Origin: a bacterium
GTDB taxonomy: Bacteria > Patescibacteriota > UBA1384 > CAILIB01 > JAUSJZ01
Reading direction: 5' to 3'
Assembly: GCA_030647115.1 (NCBI GenBank)
Contig: JAUSJZ010000012.1
Span: forward strand, 1 to 57,625
DNA: 57,625 nt
Part shown: positions 28,320 through 37,778 of the stretch, piece by piece
Position numbering within the stretch: position 1 is the first letter of the stretch
Layout: each line of letters starts with the position of its first letter
Position numbers and translations under genes: made by a program
Notes under the pieces: generated by a model
What the model was told of the DNA's origin: nothing
What the model saw: the letters and a program-made list of their open reading frames with translations, nothing else
The model's database searches: none

Positions 28320-28937
28320 ATGTCTGACGCCATTATTAATCAGTTGAGCGAAGCCGGTATCTTAAAAACACCCAATATTATTGAAGCTTTCAATACGGTA
28401 CCGCGGCGGGAATTTCTGCGGCCCGAGTTTCAAGATGTGGCTGACGAGAACGTGCCCATACCCATTGGGGCGGGTCAGACAAACAGTCAACCGATGACGG
28501 TCGCTTTTATGTTGGAGTTAATGCAGTTACAGCCGGGCGAACACGCGTTGGATGTCGGCTCGGGTAGTGGCTGGACGGCGGCGCTGCTGGCCCAAATGGT
28601 AGGTGAGAGCGGGTCGGTGACGGCGGTCGAGATTATACCCGAACTGTTTGAATTCGGGCAGGCCAATTTACAGCGCTTGGGCTTTACCCGCGTTATCTGT
28701 CGCTCCGGCAGTTGGGAAGATCAGATAAACGAAGAGGCGGTTTATGATGCAATCTTAGTCAGTGCGGCGACGCCGATGACTCCACCTAAACTACGAGCGG
28801 CGCTGCGCGAAGGTGGGCGACTGGTGATACCCATTGAGTCGCACGGCGGTGACCATGTTATTACCAAAATTGTGCGCGACGGAGCGAACTTTACTAAAGA
28901 AGAATACCCGGGCTTTCAGTTTGTACCGTTGGTTTAA
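28320..28937 (+). CDS. pcm: protein-L-isoaspartate O-methyltransferase
   Basis: GQTNSQP and LDVGSGSGW SAM motif. Start taken at ATG 28320. Confidence 0.88.
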   Translation: MSDAIINQLSEAGILKTPNIIEAFNTVPRREFLRPEFQDVADENVPIPIGAGQTNSQPMTVAFMLELMQLQPGEHALDVGSGSGWTAALLAQMVGESGSVTAVEIIPELFEFGQANLQRLGFTRVICRSGSWEDQINEEAVYDAILVSAATPMTPPKLRAALREGGRLVIPIESHGGDHVITKIVRDGANFTKEEYPGFQFVPLV

Positions 28938-29014
28938 TAAATATCTTATAGACAAGCAGAGCAACTACTGCTAACTTACAGCTAACCGCTACGACAGCGG
29001 TTAAGGAGGATAGC

Positions 29015-29635
29015 ATGCCCGAAATCTTCGGTACGGCGCAGGGGTTCGTCAATTTCACGCGCAACCGGCTGCCGTCTGTTCTGACCGCCCTGAAGGGCCA
29101 GCCGCTCCAGGTCTGCTTCGGCTCTTACCGTCGTACGGCGGGTTTTACCGATGGTACGGTGGATACCGGACAGACCGACCTGACAGTGACGGTGGCGAAC
29201 GGCAAGGGTAAGGATTTGAGCACCTACGGCCGGTTGGCTTGGGACCTATTCAAGTTGGAGGCGGCTCCGATCATTCAAGAGACAGGTCCTGGTACCCCCG
29301 AACGCGAACGTGGTACCGGCCGCTTGTTACGGGGCCAGCAACTAGTTACGGTCGGCCAGGCTCTAACCGGAATTACCGATGACACGGGTGTGCTGGTCTG
29401 TCTCTACGCCGGCCCATCGGCCCGCCAGCTGGTAGTCGACACCGTGCAGTCATTTCGGCAGCAGCATCCGCGGGCAACCATCATTCTCACCAGTTGTCTC
29501 TGTCAGCCGGAATCGGAATTCAATGATAGCTTGGCCGATTACGTGCTGTTCGCTCAACCCTGTGGGGTAGAGGTAGAGATGGGACAGCTGCTACGGAACA
29601 TCATCGAACTGTGGCCCCTGACCGTACCCGCCTAG
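29015..29635 (+). CDS. G+C-rich hypothetical protein (206 aa)
   Basis: AAGGAGGA SD 5 nt before the ATG, partly sequestered in hairpin aaccgct/agcggtt. No family recognised. Confidence 0.65.
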   Translation: MPEIFGTAQGFVNFTRNRLPSVLTALKGQPLQVCFGSYRRTAGFTDGTVDTGQTDLTVTVANGKGKDLSTYGRLAWDLFKLEAAPIIQETGPGTPERERGTGRLLRGQQLVTVGQALTGITDDTGVLVCLYAGPSARQLVVDTVQSFRQQHPRATIILTSCLCQPESEFNDSLADYVLFAQPCGVEVEMGQLLRNIIELWPLTVPA

Positions 29636-29656
29636 TCGCGCAATTACCTGAACTTA

Positions 29657-29686
29657 CGCTGTGTCTTCTGGCACGGCGCTTTTTTT
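29657..29686 (+). terminator. rho-independent terminator
   Basis: 7-bp stem cgctgtg/cacggcg followed by ctTTTTTT. Confidence 0.55.
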
Positions 29687-29704
29687 ACAGCTAGAATACA
29701 GGGA

Positions 29705-31669
29705 GTGACAAACAAAATACTAGAACAGCTAAACGTGGCCCAGCGGCAGGCGGTGACGACGACCGAAGGGCCGGTTTTGATTTTGGCCGGGGCCGGTTCG
29801 GGCAAGACAAAGACCTTGACGGCGCGCATCGCCTATTTAATTGATCAATGCCATATCGAGCCCGCCGAGATACTGGCCGTGACCTTTACCAATAAGGCGT
29901 CCGGCGCGATGCAACACCGCGTCTATGAATTGATGGGTCAGCGGGCCCGTATCTTGCCGTGGCTGGGCACCTTTCACAGCATCTGCGTACGCATCTTGAG
30001 AAAAGAGTTGAACGACAGCCCGCTACCGTACACCCAAAACTTTACCATCTACGACTCGAGTGACCAGTTGAGTTTGGTAAGACAAATTATGAAAGACCGG
30101 CATTTAGATCAGAAACAGTACAACCCACGGGCGGTGAAAGCCTATATCGAAGGGGCCAAGAACGAATTACTCGACCCGGCCGGTTATCGCAATTACGTGG
30201 ATAGCCACTTTCAAGAGCTGGTCGCGACCGTTTACGAAGACTACCAGAGGCGACTACAGACCGCCAATGCCTTTGACTTTGACGATCTCATCAACTTTAC
30301 GCTCAAACTTTTCAGCGAACAGCCCGAGACGCTCCACAAATATCAACAGCTCTTTCGCTACATTTTAGTCGATGAATACCAAGACACGAACAAGGGTCAA
30401 TACCAGCTAATTAAGCAGTTAGCGGCTCTCCACCAAAATATTTTCGTGGTGGGTGATGACTGGCAGGCGATTTACAGTTTTAGAGGCGCCGACTTTCGCA
30501 ACATTTTAAATTTTGAGCAAGATTACCCGAAAGCGGTGGTAATTAAGCTCGAACAGAACTACCGCTCCACCCAAAATATCCTCGATGCGGCGCACCACAT
30601 TATCGCCAAGAACCAGCAGCGTAGTAAAAAACAGCTCTTTACCGAAGCGAGTGAGGGCTACCCGATTAAGGTGGTGCAATGTCGCAATGACTGGGCGGAG
30701 GGGGAGTTTATGATTCAAGAATGCCGCCGGCTCATCCGGGAGAATACCTCGACCCCCAATAGCTTGGAGGATATTGTCGTCTTGTACCGCACTAACGCCC
30801 AATCACGGTCGTTAGAAGAGGCCTTAATCAAGGCCGATATTCCCTACCGCGTTATCGGGGCCGTGCGCTTCTACGATCGCCGCGAGATTAAAGATCAACT
30901 CGCCTATTTACGACTTTTAAGCAACCCTGACGACCGGGTTAGTTTTGAACGCGCCATTGCCGTGCCGCCGCGCAAAATCGGGCCGAAAACCCTGCAACAG
31001 TACCGCGCCGCTATCGAATCACCGGAATCTGATCAACCGTTCACCACCGCGACCCGAGGGGTCGCGGTCCCGCCGCGGGTGCGCGATTGGCTCTTAATCA
31101 TTGAGCGGCTGCGCGACCAGGTGAACAAAATTGCGCTTAATGAACTATTAATGAAGGTAGCCATTGAGAGCGGTTACCGCGACTGGGTTCGAGACGGTAC
31201 GATAGAAGGCGAGAGTCGGTGGGAAAACATTTTAGAACTACAGAACGCGGCTGCCCAACACGACACGCTCGAGGCCTTTTTGGAGCGGGTGGCGTTGGTG
31301 CAAGATACCGACTCCATTAACGAGAAACGCCGCGGTGAACTGTACGATCACGCCGCTTTGGGCGCTACGGGCAAATTACCGGGTCTGTTGACCCTCATGA
31401 CCGTGCATGCGGCGAAGGGGTTAGAGTTCGATACCGTCTTTATTATGGGTATGGAAGAGGGCTTATTTCCCCACGCCAACGCGCTGCGCGAAGTAGCCGA
31501 GATGGAAGAGGAGCGGCGTTTGGCCTACGTGGGTCTGACTCGTGCCAAGCGCCACCTGTATTTAGTCATGGCCGAAGAACGCCGCTACTTCGGTACGGTA
31601 GTGGCGAATCCACTCTCGCGCTTTGTGACCGAAATACCCGGGCACCTAATTGAAATCAGTGAGTGGTAG
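29705..31669 (+). CDS. uvrD: ATP-dependent DNA helicase UvrD/PcrA family
   Basis: AGAGSGKT, VDEYQDTN, YRS..NIL, TVHAAKGLEF, LAYVGLTRAK. GTG start. Confidence 0.92.
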   Translation: MTNKILEQLNVAQRQAVTTTEGPVLILAGAGSGKTKTLTARIAYLIDQCHIEPAEILAVTFTNKASGAMQHRVYELMGQRARILPWLGTFHSICVRILRKELNDSPLPYTQNFTIYDSSDQLSLVRQIMKDRHLDQKQYNPRAVKAYIEGAKNELLDPAGYRNYVDSHFQELVATVYEDYQRRLQTANAFDFDDLINFTLKLFSEQPETLHKYQQLFRYILVDEYQDTNKGQYQLIKQLAALHQNIFVVGDDWQAIYSFRGADFRNILNFEQDYPKAVVIKLEQNYRSTQNILDAAHHIIAKNQQRSKKQLFTEASEGYPIKVVQCRNDWAEGEFMIQECRRLIRENTSTPNSLEDIVVLYRTNAQSRSLEEALIKADIPYRVIGAVRFYDRREIKDQLAYLRLLSNPDDRVSFERAIAVPPRKIGPKTLQQYRAAIESPESDQPFTTATRGVAVPPRVRDWLLIIERLRDQVNKIALNELLMKVAIESGYRDWVRDGTIEGESRWENILELQNAAAQHDTLEAFLERVALVQDTDSINEKRRGELYDHAALGATGKLPGLLTLMTVHAAKGLEFDTVFIMGMEEGLFPHANALREVAEMEEERRLAYVGLTRAKRHLYLVMAEERRYFGTVVANPLSRFVTEIPGHLIEISEW

Positions 31670-31699
31670 AAGATTACCGGTTTTGGGTATAATAAATGT

Positions 31700-32350
31700 A
31701 TGAAAAAGACAACATCATCTTACCTGCGGTTGTATTTTGACCGGCAACCCCATGAGGAAACTAAAGCGGCGAAGTCGTTGCAAAAAACATTCCGCAAGTT
31801 ACTTGGAGAGAGTGTTCTGACCGCGGAGGCTGATTATGTAGCCGGTAAACCACATCAAATAATATCGGTTAAAGGCGAAATTTTTAACCTGACCGTCAGG
31901 TATGACTGTGTCGATCTGGCTACTAACCGAGAATTGGGTAAGGTAACGCCGAAAATAGTACAACAGTTCAAGCTTTTGGCGGCCGTTTTAATGTTGACGA
32001 TAGACAAACTTTACGGTTTCACCGAGGCAGATTATGGTGATTATTATCGCTATACCATTAGAGGCGAAGCGGTGAAATTGCTCAAAAAACGCTTTAAGGC
32101 ACTGGTGACGATAAGCGGTGGGAGCGGTTATACCTACTGGCAAAAAGAGGCCAGGCATCAAGATGATGTCACCTTTGAGGTAATCAAAGATTGGCTGGTT
32201 GGCAGAGATGATCAACCACCGACCGATTACGACCACGGTTGTGCCGTTAATGTATATTTGCGCAACTATCATTTAACATCTAAAAGGGCGGTTAATCATT
32301 TTCTCGGTCAGCTCATAAAGCTGGTCAAAGAGTTCTCTGATAAAAGTTAG
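31700..32350 (+). CDS. hypothetical protein (216 aa)
   Basis: ORF starting 6 nt after a TATAAT box. No motif recognised. Confidence 0.6.
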   Translation: MKKTTSSYLRLYFDRQPHEETKAAKSLQKTFRKLLGESVLTAEADYVAGKPHQIISVKGEIFNLTVRYDCVDLATNRELGKVTPKIVQQFKLLAAVLMLTIDKLYGFTEADYGDYYRYTIRGEAVKLLKKRFKALVTISGGSGYTYWQKEARHQDDVTFEVIKDWLVGRDDQPPTDYDHGCAVNVYLRNYHLTSKRAVNHFLGQLIKLVKEFSDKS

Positions 32351-32402
32351 TCTGCTGTCTTATCCACAGCCTTGAATTTGACCGTGGTATATTACTGAAG
32401 TC

Positions 32403-33401
32403 ATGAAAAAACTTGTTGCCATATTGGCTTTTTTTCTGCCCGTTTTCGTCTTCGGCACCTCCATTTTGCTCTCGAAGCAGAGCGAACGGTGGTTAGTGAT
32501 TCCGGTCGAGGCTGCCGGTCTAACGGGTCAAGCGGTGGCCGGGGCCGATATCGCCAATGCCGACCAGTTGGCCAAAGAGAGAAGTGTGGCGCCCGAGACC
32601 TATTTCGGTCCCATCGGGCCAATCACCCTGTCCGAGATGCTGCAGCAGTTGCAAGTGACGGCTAACGCTGAAGATATCGTCACGGCGGTGCCTGACCCAC
32701 AACTGGGCCGTGGTAGCGTCATCAGAATCTACCGGGCGCAGGTCGTGTTAGTCAAGGACGGGAACAAAGAAGAACTGGTACGCACCTGGCAGCCGACGGT
32801 CAAACAGCTATTAGAAGAGAGAAAGATTGAACTCGGCGAGCAAGACAAAATTGAGCCGGGCCAAGAGAGTAACATTTTGACCAACGAACGCACTAAACCG
32901 GTTGTCGTGACTATTACCCGGGTGGAAGAGACTGACGTCATCGACCGCGCGAAGATTGAGTATCAGACGGTCGAACAGAATGATAACACCCTCGAAAAAG
33001 GCACGACCAAAGTTTCACAAGCAGGAGCGAACGGTATCAGAGAAAAGACCTACCACTTGCGGCGCGAGAACGGTGAAGAGGTGAGTCGCAAACTGATTAA
33101 AGACGAAGTGACCAAAAAGCCGGTATCCAAAATTATTTTAAAGGGCACTAAAATTCTAGTTTACGGTACGGGCACGGCGACCTGGTACACCAAAAGTCTA
33201 AATCACGTGGCGGCGAATAATAACATCCCCCGTGGGACAAAAGTTAAAGTCGTGAACACCAGTAACGGCCAGTCAACCATCGTTACGGTGGTGGGCGGCG
33301 GTCTGGCCGGAGCCTTAATCGATCTCTCCTATGACGCCTTTACCGAAATTGGCAGTCCCAGTGCCGGTCGGCTGCCGGTACGGGTCGAAAAAGTATATTA
33401 A
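32403..33401 (+). CDS. secreted cell-wall protein, DUF348-G5-RlpA/DPBB-like architecture (YabE-like)
   Basis: Signal/anchor sequence. G5-like segment (TLEKGTTKVSQAGANGIREKTY). C-terminal GTATWY...GTKVKVVN...VVGGG barrel. Confidence 0.75.
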   Translation: MKKLVAILAFFLPVFVFGTSILLSKQSERWLVIPVEAAGLTGQAVAGADIANADQLAKERSVAPETYFGPIGPITLSEMLQQLQVTANAEDIVTAVPDPQLGRGSVIRIYRAQVVLVKDGNKEELVRTWQPTVKQLLEERKIELGEQDKIEPGQESNILTNERTKPVVVTITRVEETDVIDRAKIEYQTVEQNDNTLEKGTTKVSQAGANGIREKTYHLRRENGEEVSRKLIKDEVTKKPVSKIILKGTKILVYGTGTATWYTKSLNHVAANNNIPRGTKVKVVNTSNGQSTIVTVVGGGLAGALIDLSYDAFTEIGSPSAGRLPVRVEKVY

Positions 33402-33856
33402 GCGGCTTTTTTGGTGACAGCCTGTTCATCTTGCAGACGTTCGGCGTATTCGGCTTCAATGTCTGCTGCGTGACCCGATTCGCCGCGTAAAATGTAACCT
33501 TGAGCTAATTTTTTGATTAGTACCCCCTCAACCTCAATATCAATTTTTAATAAGCCTTCCTCTTGGCGCCAGATTGCCAGCTCATTGTAGATGTGGAGTA
33601 ATTGAGCGAAGACCCGCTCCTGCTCCTTCTCCTGCTCCTCTTCGGGGACTTCTTTTAAAGTATCTGGGTCGGGTATAACACTAATCTCGCGCTCTCGAGC
33701 TTGCCGCTCCCGTTCTCGCCAGAGTTTAGTGGCCGCGTCGTCCCGGGCTCGTTCGGCTGTAACCAAGGCCTCGCGAGCCGTTTTGATGGCAGTGGCCGGG
33801 TCATTCATTAATACCTGCTCAAAACTGGCGGACGAGTCGGTTGGTTCTTGTTCCAT
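33398..33856 (-). CDS. acidic hypothetical protein (152 aa, coiled-coil-like)
   Basis: Glu/Arg-rich ORF. Convergent 4-nt overlap with 32403..33401. Confidence 0.55.
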   Translation of the reverse strand: MEQEPTDSSASFEQVLMNDPATAIKTAREALVTAERARDDAATKLWRERERQAREREISVIPDPDTLKEVPEEEQEKEQERVFAQLLHIYNELAIWRQEEGLLKIDIEVEGVLIKKLAQGYILRGESGHAADIEAEYAERLQDEQAVTKKAA

Positions 33857-33891
33857 GGCGTATTCTTATTTTTCTTTATTATACTCACAGA

Positions 33892-34072
33892 GAACCGGTT
33901 GTAAAACTCCCTTTCAAGCCAAAATGTCCTGTTTTTGGCTGCCTACCTACCGGCAGGCAGGCAAATAGTTCAGGCCTCGTCGACGTATCTGTTTGATACG
34001 CCTCCTCCGCCTTCGCTATTTTCGCCTTAAAAACAGAACATTTTTGTTAAGCAGGAGTTTTGCAACCGGTTC
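33892..34072. repeat. B-family long imperfect palindrome, copy B2 (opposite orientation to B1)
   Basis: Termini gaaccggttgtaaaac / gttttgcaaccggttc. Central ggaggcgtatcaaac(a/t)gatacgt block shared with B1. Confidence 0.75.
33941..33962. repeat. P-family palindrome copy P2, nested in B2
   Basis: gcctacctaccggcaggcaggc is present in B2 and absent at the homologous point of B1. Confidence 0.7.
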
Positions 34073-34094
34073 AAAAAGTGCTATTCTCCCCCTA

Positions 34095-34976
34095 ATGGAT
34101 AATTTGGATTCAATTCAAGAACGACTGCGTGAATTGCAAAAGCGGCCCAACCACGATTTAGGGCAGAACTTTTTAATTAACGACCAGATTGTCGAGCAGA
34201 TTGTGACGGCCGGTTTCGCCCCTTTTACTCCTGCTACCTTAGCCCTGACCGGTAAAGAGGCGGTTGATGCGCGGCAGCGGGTGCTAGAGATTGGGCCGGG
34301 TCTGGGAGTTTTGACCGGGGCCATTTTGGATAAATTACCCAAAGGGGGCCAGCTGTTGGCCATCGAAAAAGACCACGGTCTGGCGGCTAACCTTGACCGT
34401 TATCTGCACCATCCGCGCCAACTCAAAATTATCGAAAGCGATGCGACCACTTTTGACCGTAGCTATCATTTTAAAGACGGCCAGTACCTGGTAATGGCCA
34501 ATCTGCCCTTCAACATTAGCTCTTTCATCGTGAACGCTCTGTTAACGCAAGCGCCGCGTCCGGCCCGATTAATTTTGATGCTCCAACAAGAGGTGGCTGA
34601 CCGTCTGTTGGCTCCGGCTGGTCACAGTAGCCGCGGGTTGCTCTCGGTCATCACCGAGTTCTACACCGCCGGGCACCTGGTCTGTCCGGTGCCGCGAGCC
34701 AATTTCTACCCGGTACCGAAAGTAGATGCGGCCGTAATCTGTCTCGACGTTGACCAACCGATTGCGGCTAGCGACCAGGCACTTTTCAAATTGGTTAAGG
34801 GTGGATTTGCCCAGCGCCGCAAAAATCTTAAAAACGCCCTGGCGGCCAGTTTAGGCCTTAGCAAAGAGGAGATTGGGCTGCTTTTGGTTAAAGCCAATCT
34901 TGAACCGACAGCGCGAGCGCAAGAACTGACGCTAAAGCAGTGGCAAAAGCTAGCCAAGGTGCTCAAAATTGGCTAG
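34095..34976 (+). CDS. rsmA: 16S rRNA (adenine1518/1519-N6)-dimethyltransferase
   Basis: LGQNFL, EIGPGLG and NLPFNIS motifs. Start at ATG 34095 (the track start lies inside repeat B2). Confidence 0.9.
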   Translation: MDNLDSIQERLRELQKRPNHDLGQNFLINDQIVEQIVTAGFAPFTPATLALTGKEAVDARQRVLEIGPGLGVLTGAILDKLPKGGQLLAIEKDHGLAANLDRYLHHPRQLKIIESDATTFDRSYHFKDGQYLVMANLPFNISSFIVNALLTQAPRPARLILMLQQEVADRLLAPAGHSSRGLLSVITEFYTAGHLVCPVPRANFYPVPKVDAAVICLDVDQPIAASDQALFKLVKGGFAQRRKNLKNALAASLGLSKEEIGLLLVKANLEPTARAQELTLKQWQKLAKVLKIG

Positions 34977-35009
34977 ACTGGCGGCAAGGTGAGTTGAGAG
35001 GAGGCGACC

Positions 35010-35225
35010 ATGCTGCAACGTGTCCTGCTGAAACGCGATCGTGACGGCTATCTGAAGCCGTGGTCATCAAACCTGGTCATGTGCCTGACCATCATCGTCG
35101 TTGTCGGTGTTTTGTTGCTCCTGTTCGCGGGGTTTATCTGGTTCCTGCCGGACGACCCGTCTTACCCGATCCAGGTGGGCGCGGCTGTCGCCGCGCCCCT
35201 TCTCATAAATACACCTATCAGGTAA
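35010..35225 (+). CDS. G+C-rich small single-TM protein (71 aa)
   Basis: GAGAGGAGG SD. TM segment LVMCLTIIVVVGVLLLLFAGFIWF. Confidence 0.5.
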   Translation: MLQRVLLKRDRDGYLKPWSSNLVMCLTIIVVVGVLLLLFAGFIWFLPDDPSYPIQVGAAVAAPLLINTPIR

Positions 35226-35279
35226 TCTTTTTGTCATGTTAATCTGGTTAACTTAGTCTGTAACTAGTAATATCCATCA

Positions 35280-35945
35280 ATGCGTGTACTAGTAGTTGAA
35301 GACAAACCGCACTATCGCAATCAACTGGCTTTGCAATTGTCGAGTGAAAATATGCACGTCGATACGGCCAGTACGGCCCGCGATGGTCTCTTTAAGGCCC
35401 AAGTCAACCGTTACTCGGCTATCTTGCTCGACTTGAACCTGCCCGACGGCGATGGCCTCACCGTCTGTCACGAAATTCGCCAAGACGGTATCAGTACGCC
35501 CATCATGATGTTGACCGTCCGTGATGAGATTGAAGACAAGGTCAAAGGGCTCGAAACGGGCGCCGACGACTATCTGACAAAACCGTACTCACCGCGCGAA
35601 CTGACGGCCCGTATTCAGGCGTTAACTCGCCGCGGTTCCAAACAATCGACCTGTATCTACCGTACTGACTATCTGATGCTGGACACCCGGGCACGCCAGC
35701 TGCTTTTTCACAATCAAGAACTAACTTTAACCCGGCGCGAATTTGATTTGCTGCAGTATTTTTTGGAGCACGACCGTGAGGTGGTTAACCGCGAACAGAT
35801 TTGGGAGGAGGTCTGGGGGTGGGATGATTATCCGCTGCACAACACGGTGGATGTGCACGTTAAACGACTGCGGGCGAAACTGAAAGACCGAGCGGGCAAA
35901 ATGATTCAGACCGTGCGCGGTATCGGGTATCGGTTTGTGGCTTGA
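35280..35945 (+). CDS. OmpR/PhoB-family response regulator
   Basis: Receiver (VLVVEDK, LLDLNLPDGDG) plus winged helix (LTRREFDLL, VHVKRLRAKL, TVRGIGYRF). Confidence 0.9.
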   Translation: MRVLVVEDKPHYRNQLALQLSSENMHVDTASTARDGLFKAQVNRYSAILLDLNLPDGDGLTVCHEIRQDGISTPIMMLTVRDEIEDKVKGLETGADDYLTKPYSPRELTARIQALTRRGSKQSTCIYRTDYLMLDTRARQLLFHNQELTLTRREFDLLQYFLEHDREVVNREQIWEEVWGWDDYPLHNTVDVHVKRLRAKLKDRAGKMIQTVRGIGYRFVA

Positions 35946-35990
35946 AAGCCGCAAAAAGACCAATAATATCTTTCGCCGCCTGTCAACCGT

Positions 35991-36014
35991 GGGTGGTTGA
36001 GGTCGGCTCCAGAC
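35991..36014 (+). repeat. conserved 24-nt motif GGGTGGTTGAGGTCGGCTCCAGAC, copy 2
   Basis: Identical to 20086-20109. Enclosed by stem 35955-35970 / 36012-36027. Confidence 0.7.
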
Positions 36015-36089
36015 ATCATTGGTCTTTAGCCGGTTATCAGTTAACAAACAATACCAGGTAGTCGCACCATCTGGTATTTTTACAGTTGG

Positions 36090-36312
36090 TTATCTAGGGT
36101 GGGTCTGCGAACGAACTGCCCGGGAATGTCAGGTTCGACGGCGGCGTAATCTAACTCTCGATTACTGACGGTACCGTTATAGTCAAATAACATTTATGAT
36201 GTTTGACGTTACGGTGCCGATTCGGTTCGTTGGTAGTAGAAAGTTAGATCTAGCCGACGCGGGCCTGACAAGGGATTGCCCGGGCGAGTGAGTGGACCCC
36301 CACCCTAGATAA
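36090..36312. repeat. A-family long imperfect palindrome, copy A2 (inverted relative to A1/A3)
   Basis: The reverse complement aligns with A1/A3 on the outer arms. The inner stem is replaced by gcaccgt/acggtac. Extra outer stem ttatctagggtgggtc / gacccccaccctagataa. Confidence 0.8.
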
Positions 36313-36318
36313 TCTATA

Positions 36319-37692
36319 TTAGAAAAACGACCAGATGGTGGCGACGCCGGCGGTGACCATAATGGCGGTCGTAATCCAGCCGAGCCAGGTGGTGATAGGG
36401 TGATTGACCCGTTCACCCATAATTTTCTTATTGGCACTTAATATGACTATTAGGGCCAAAACGACCGGGGCGACCAGGCCGTTGGCGACCGCCGAGTAGA
36501 TCAACGCTTTAATCGGGTCAAGACCGACGAAATTGAGTCCCAATCCAATCAAAACCGACAAGATAATTACCCCGTAAAAGGCGTAGGCCTGTTTCAGTTT
36601 ATAGCTTAAACCCTGGCGCCAACCGAAACTCTCGGAGATGGCGTATGAGGCCGAGCCGGCGAGAACCGGAATACCCAACAGACACACTCCAATAATGCCG
36701 ATGGCGAAGAGGGCGTAAGAATAATCACCGGCTAAGGGGCGTAGGGCTTCGGCGGCCTGGGCGGCGGTCTCAATGTTCGTAATGCCGGTGGCGTTGAGTG
36801 TGGCGGCCGTAGCGGTGATAATAAAAAACATTACCAAATTGGATAAAAACATGCCTGACCAGACATCCACCCTCATATCTTTGATCTGTTCCGGTTGTAG
36901 CCCATTGCGGCGCGAAGCGATACTCGTCTCGCCGCTGGCGATCTCCTCTTCTACCTCTTGCGAGGTCTGCCAAAAAAACAGGTAGGGTGAGATGGTTGTA
37001 CCCAAAATAGCGCAGATCAAGATAATCTGGTCGCGATCAATATTGGCCAGCGAAGGTACGATAGCGGCCCGACCGATGGCCATCCAGTCTAAACCGTCTA
37101 TCAAGAGCGTCGAAAAAATATAGGACAGCAGCACTAAAGCCAGCCATTTCAAGTATTTGGCGTAGTTTTTGTAAGGGGTGAAGATCTGCAGACCCAAGAT
37201 CAGAGCGGTCATGCCGATGGCGATGAGACCAAAACTCCATTCGGGTCGAAAGAGACGCACCGCTTCGGCCATCGCTCCAATATCGGCTCCGATATTAAAG
37301 GTGTTGGCGGTGAAGAGCAGCATGGTGGCGGTCAACAGTACCCAGCGGGGGAAGTGCTTTTTGATGTTGGCGGCGAGACCCTGTCCGGTGACCAGGCCGA
37401 TGCGGGCACACATCTCTTGCACGATGGCCATGAGTGGAAAAGTAAAGGCAGCGAGCCACAAGAGACCGTAGCCGTAGCGGGCGCCCGTCTGCGAGTAGGT
37501 GGCGATGCCCGAGCCGTCGTCATCGGAGGCGCCGGTGGTCAAACCTGGTCCTAAAATGTGCCAGTAGTTTTTGGCAGCGGCCAGAGTTTTACGCCCACCC
37601 ATCTTGCCGGCCAGTTTTTCGGTGTCAAGAACGGCGCGCTCTAACATACGGGCCGGAGCCTCGGCTGCTTTTTCAATGAATTTTTTGGCCAT
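36319..37692 (-). CDS. mntH: NRAMP-family divalent metal transporter
   Basis: 457 aa, about 11 TM segments. LGPGLTTGASDDDGSGIATYSQTGARYGY motif region. Confidence 0.78.
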   Translation of the reverse strand: MAKKFIEKAAEAPARMLERAVLDTEKLAGKMGGRKTLAAAKNYWHILGPGLTTGASDDDGSGIATYSQTGARYGYGLLWLAAFTFPLMAIVQEMCARIGLVTGQGLAANIKKHFPRWVLLTATMLLFTANTFNIGADIGAMAEAVRLFRPEWSFGLIAIGMTALILGLQIFTPYKNYAKYLKWLALVLLSYIFSTLLIDGLDWMAIGRAAIVPSLANIDRDQIILICAILGTTISPYLFFWQTSQEVEEEIASGETSIASRRNGLQPEQIKDMRVDVWSGMFLSNLVMFFIITATAATLNATGITNIETAAQAAEALRPLAGDYSYALFAIGIIGVCLLGIPVLAGSASYAISESFGWRQGLSYKLKQAYAFYGVIILSVLIGLGLNFVGLDPIKALIYSAVANGLVAPVVLALIVILSANKKIMGERVNHPITTWLGWITTAIMVTAGVATIWSFF

Positions 37693-37744
37693 CTGTCTCT
37701 AGGATAGTCGGTGTAACCGGTCGGTGCAACTGACTCAATTAGGG

Positions 37745-37771
37745 CAAAAAAAGAACCCGCGGGTGCGGGGT
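37745..37771 (-). terminator. rho-independent terminator of the 3-gene cassette
   Basis: Minus strand reads accccgc-accc-gcgggt followed by tcTTTTTTT. Confidence 0.7.
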
Positions 37772-37778
37772 CTTAAGG

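Noticed and set aside
33993-34094. Upstream-extended starts offered by the ORF track (for example rsmA 33993, PRTase 43357, pilin 55247, acyP 40302, pcm 28263, 37779..38822, 47321..47854)
   Set aside because: The extensions begin at TTG/GTG codons inside repeats, promoters or neighbouring genes. In each case a downstream ATG/GTG has either an SD or the leaderless -10 spacing.
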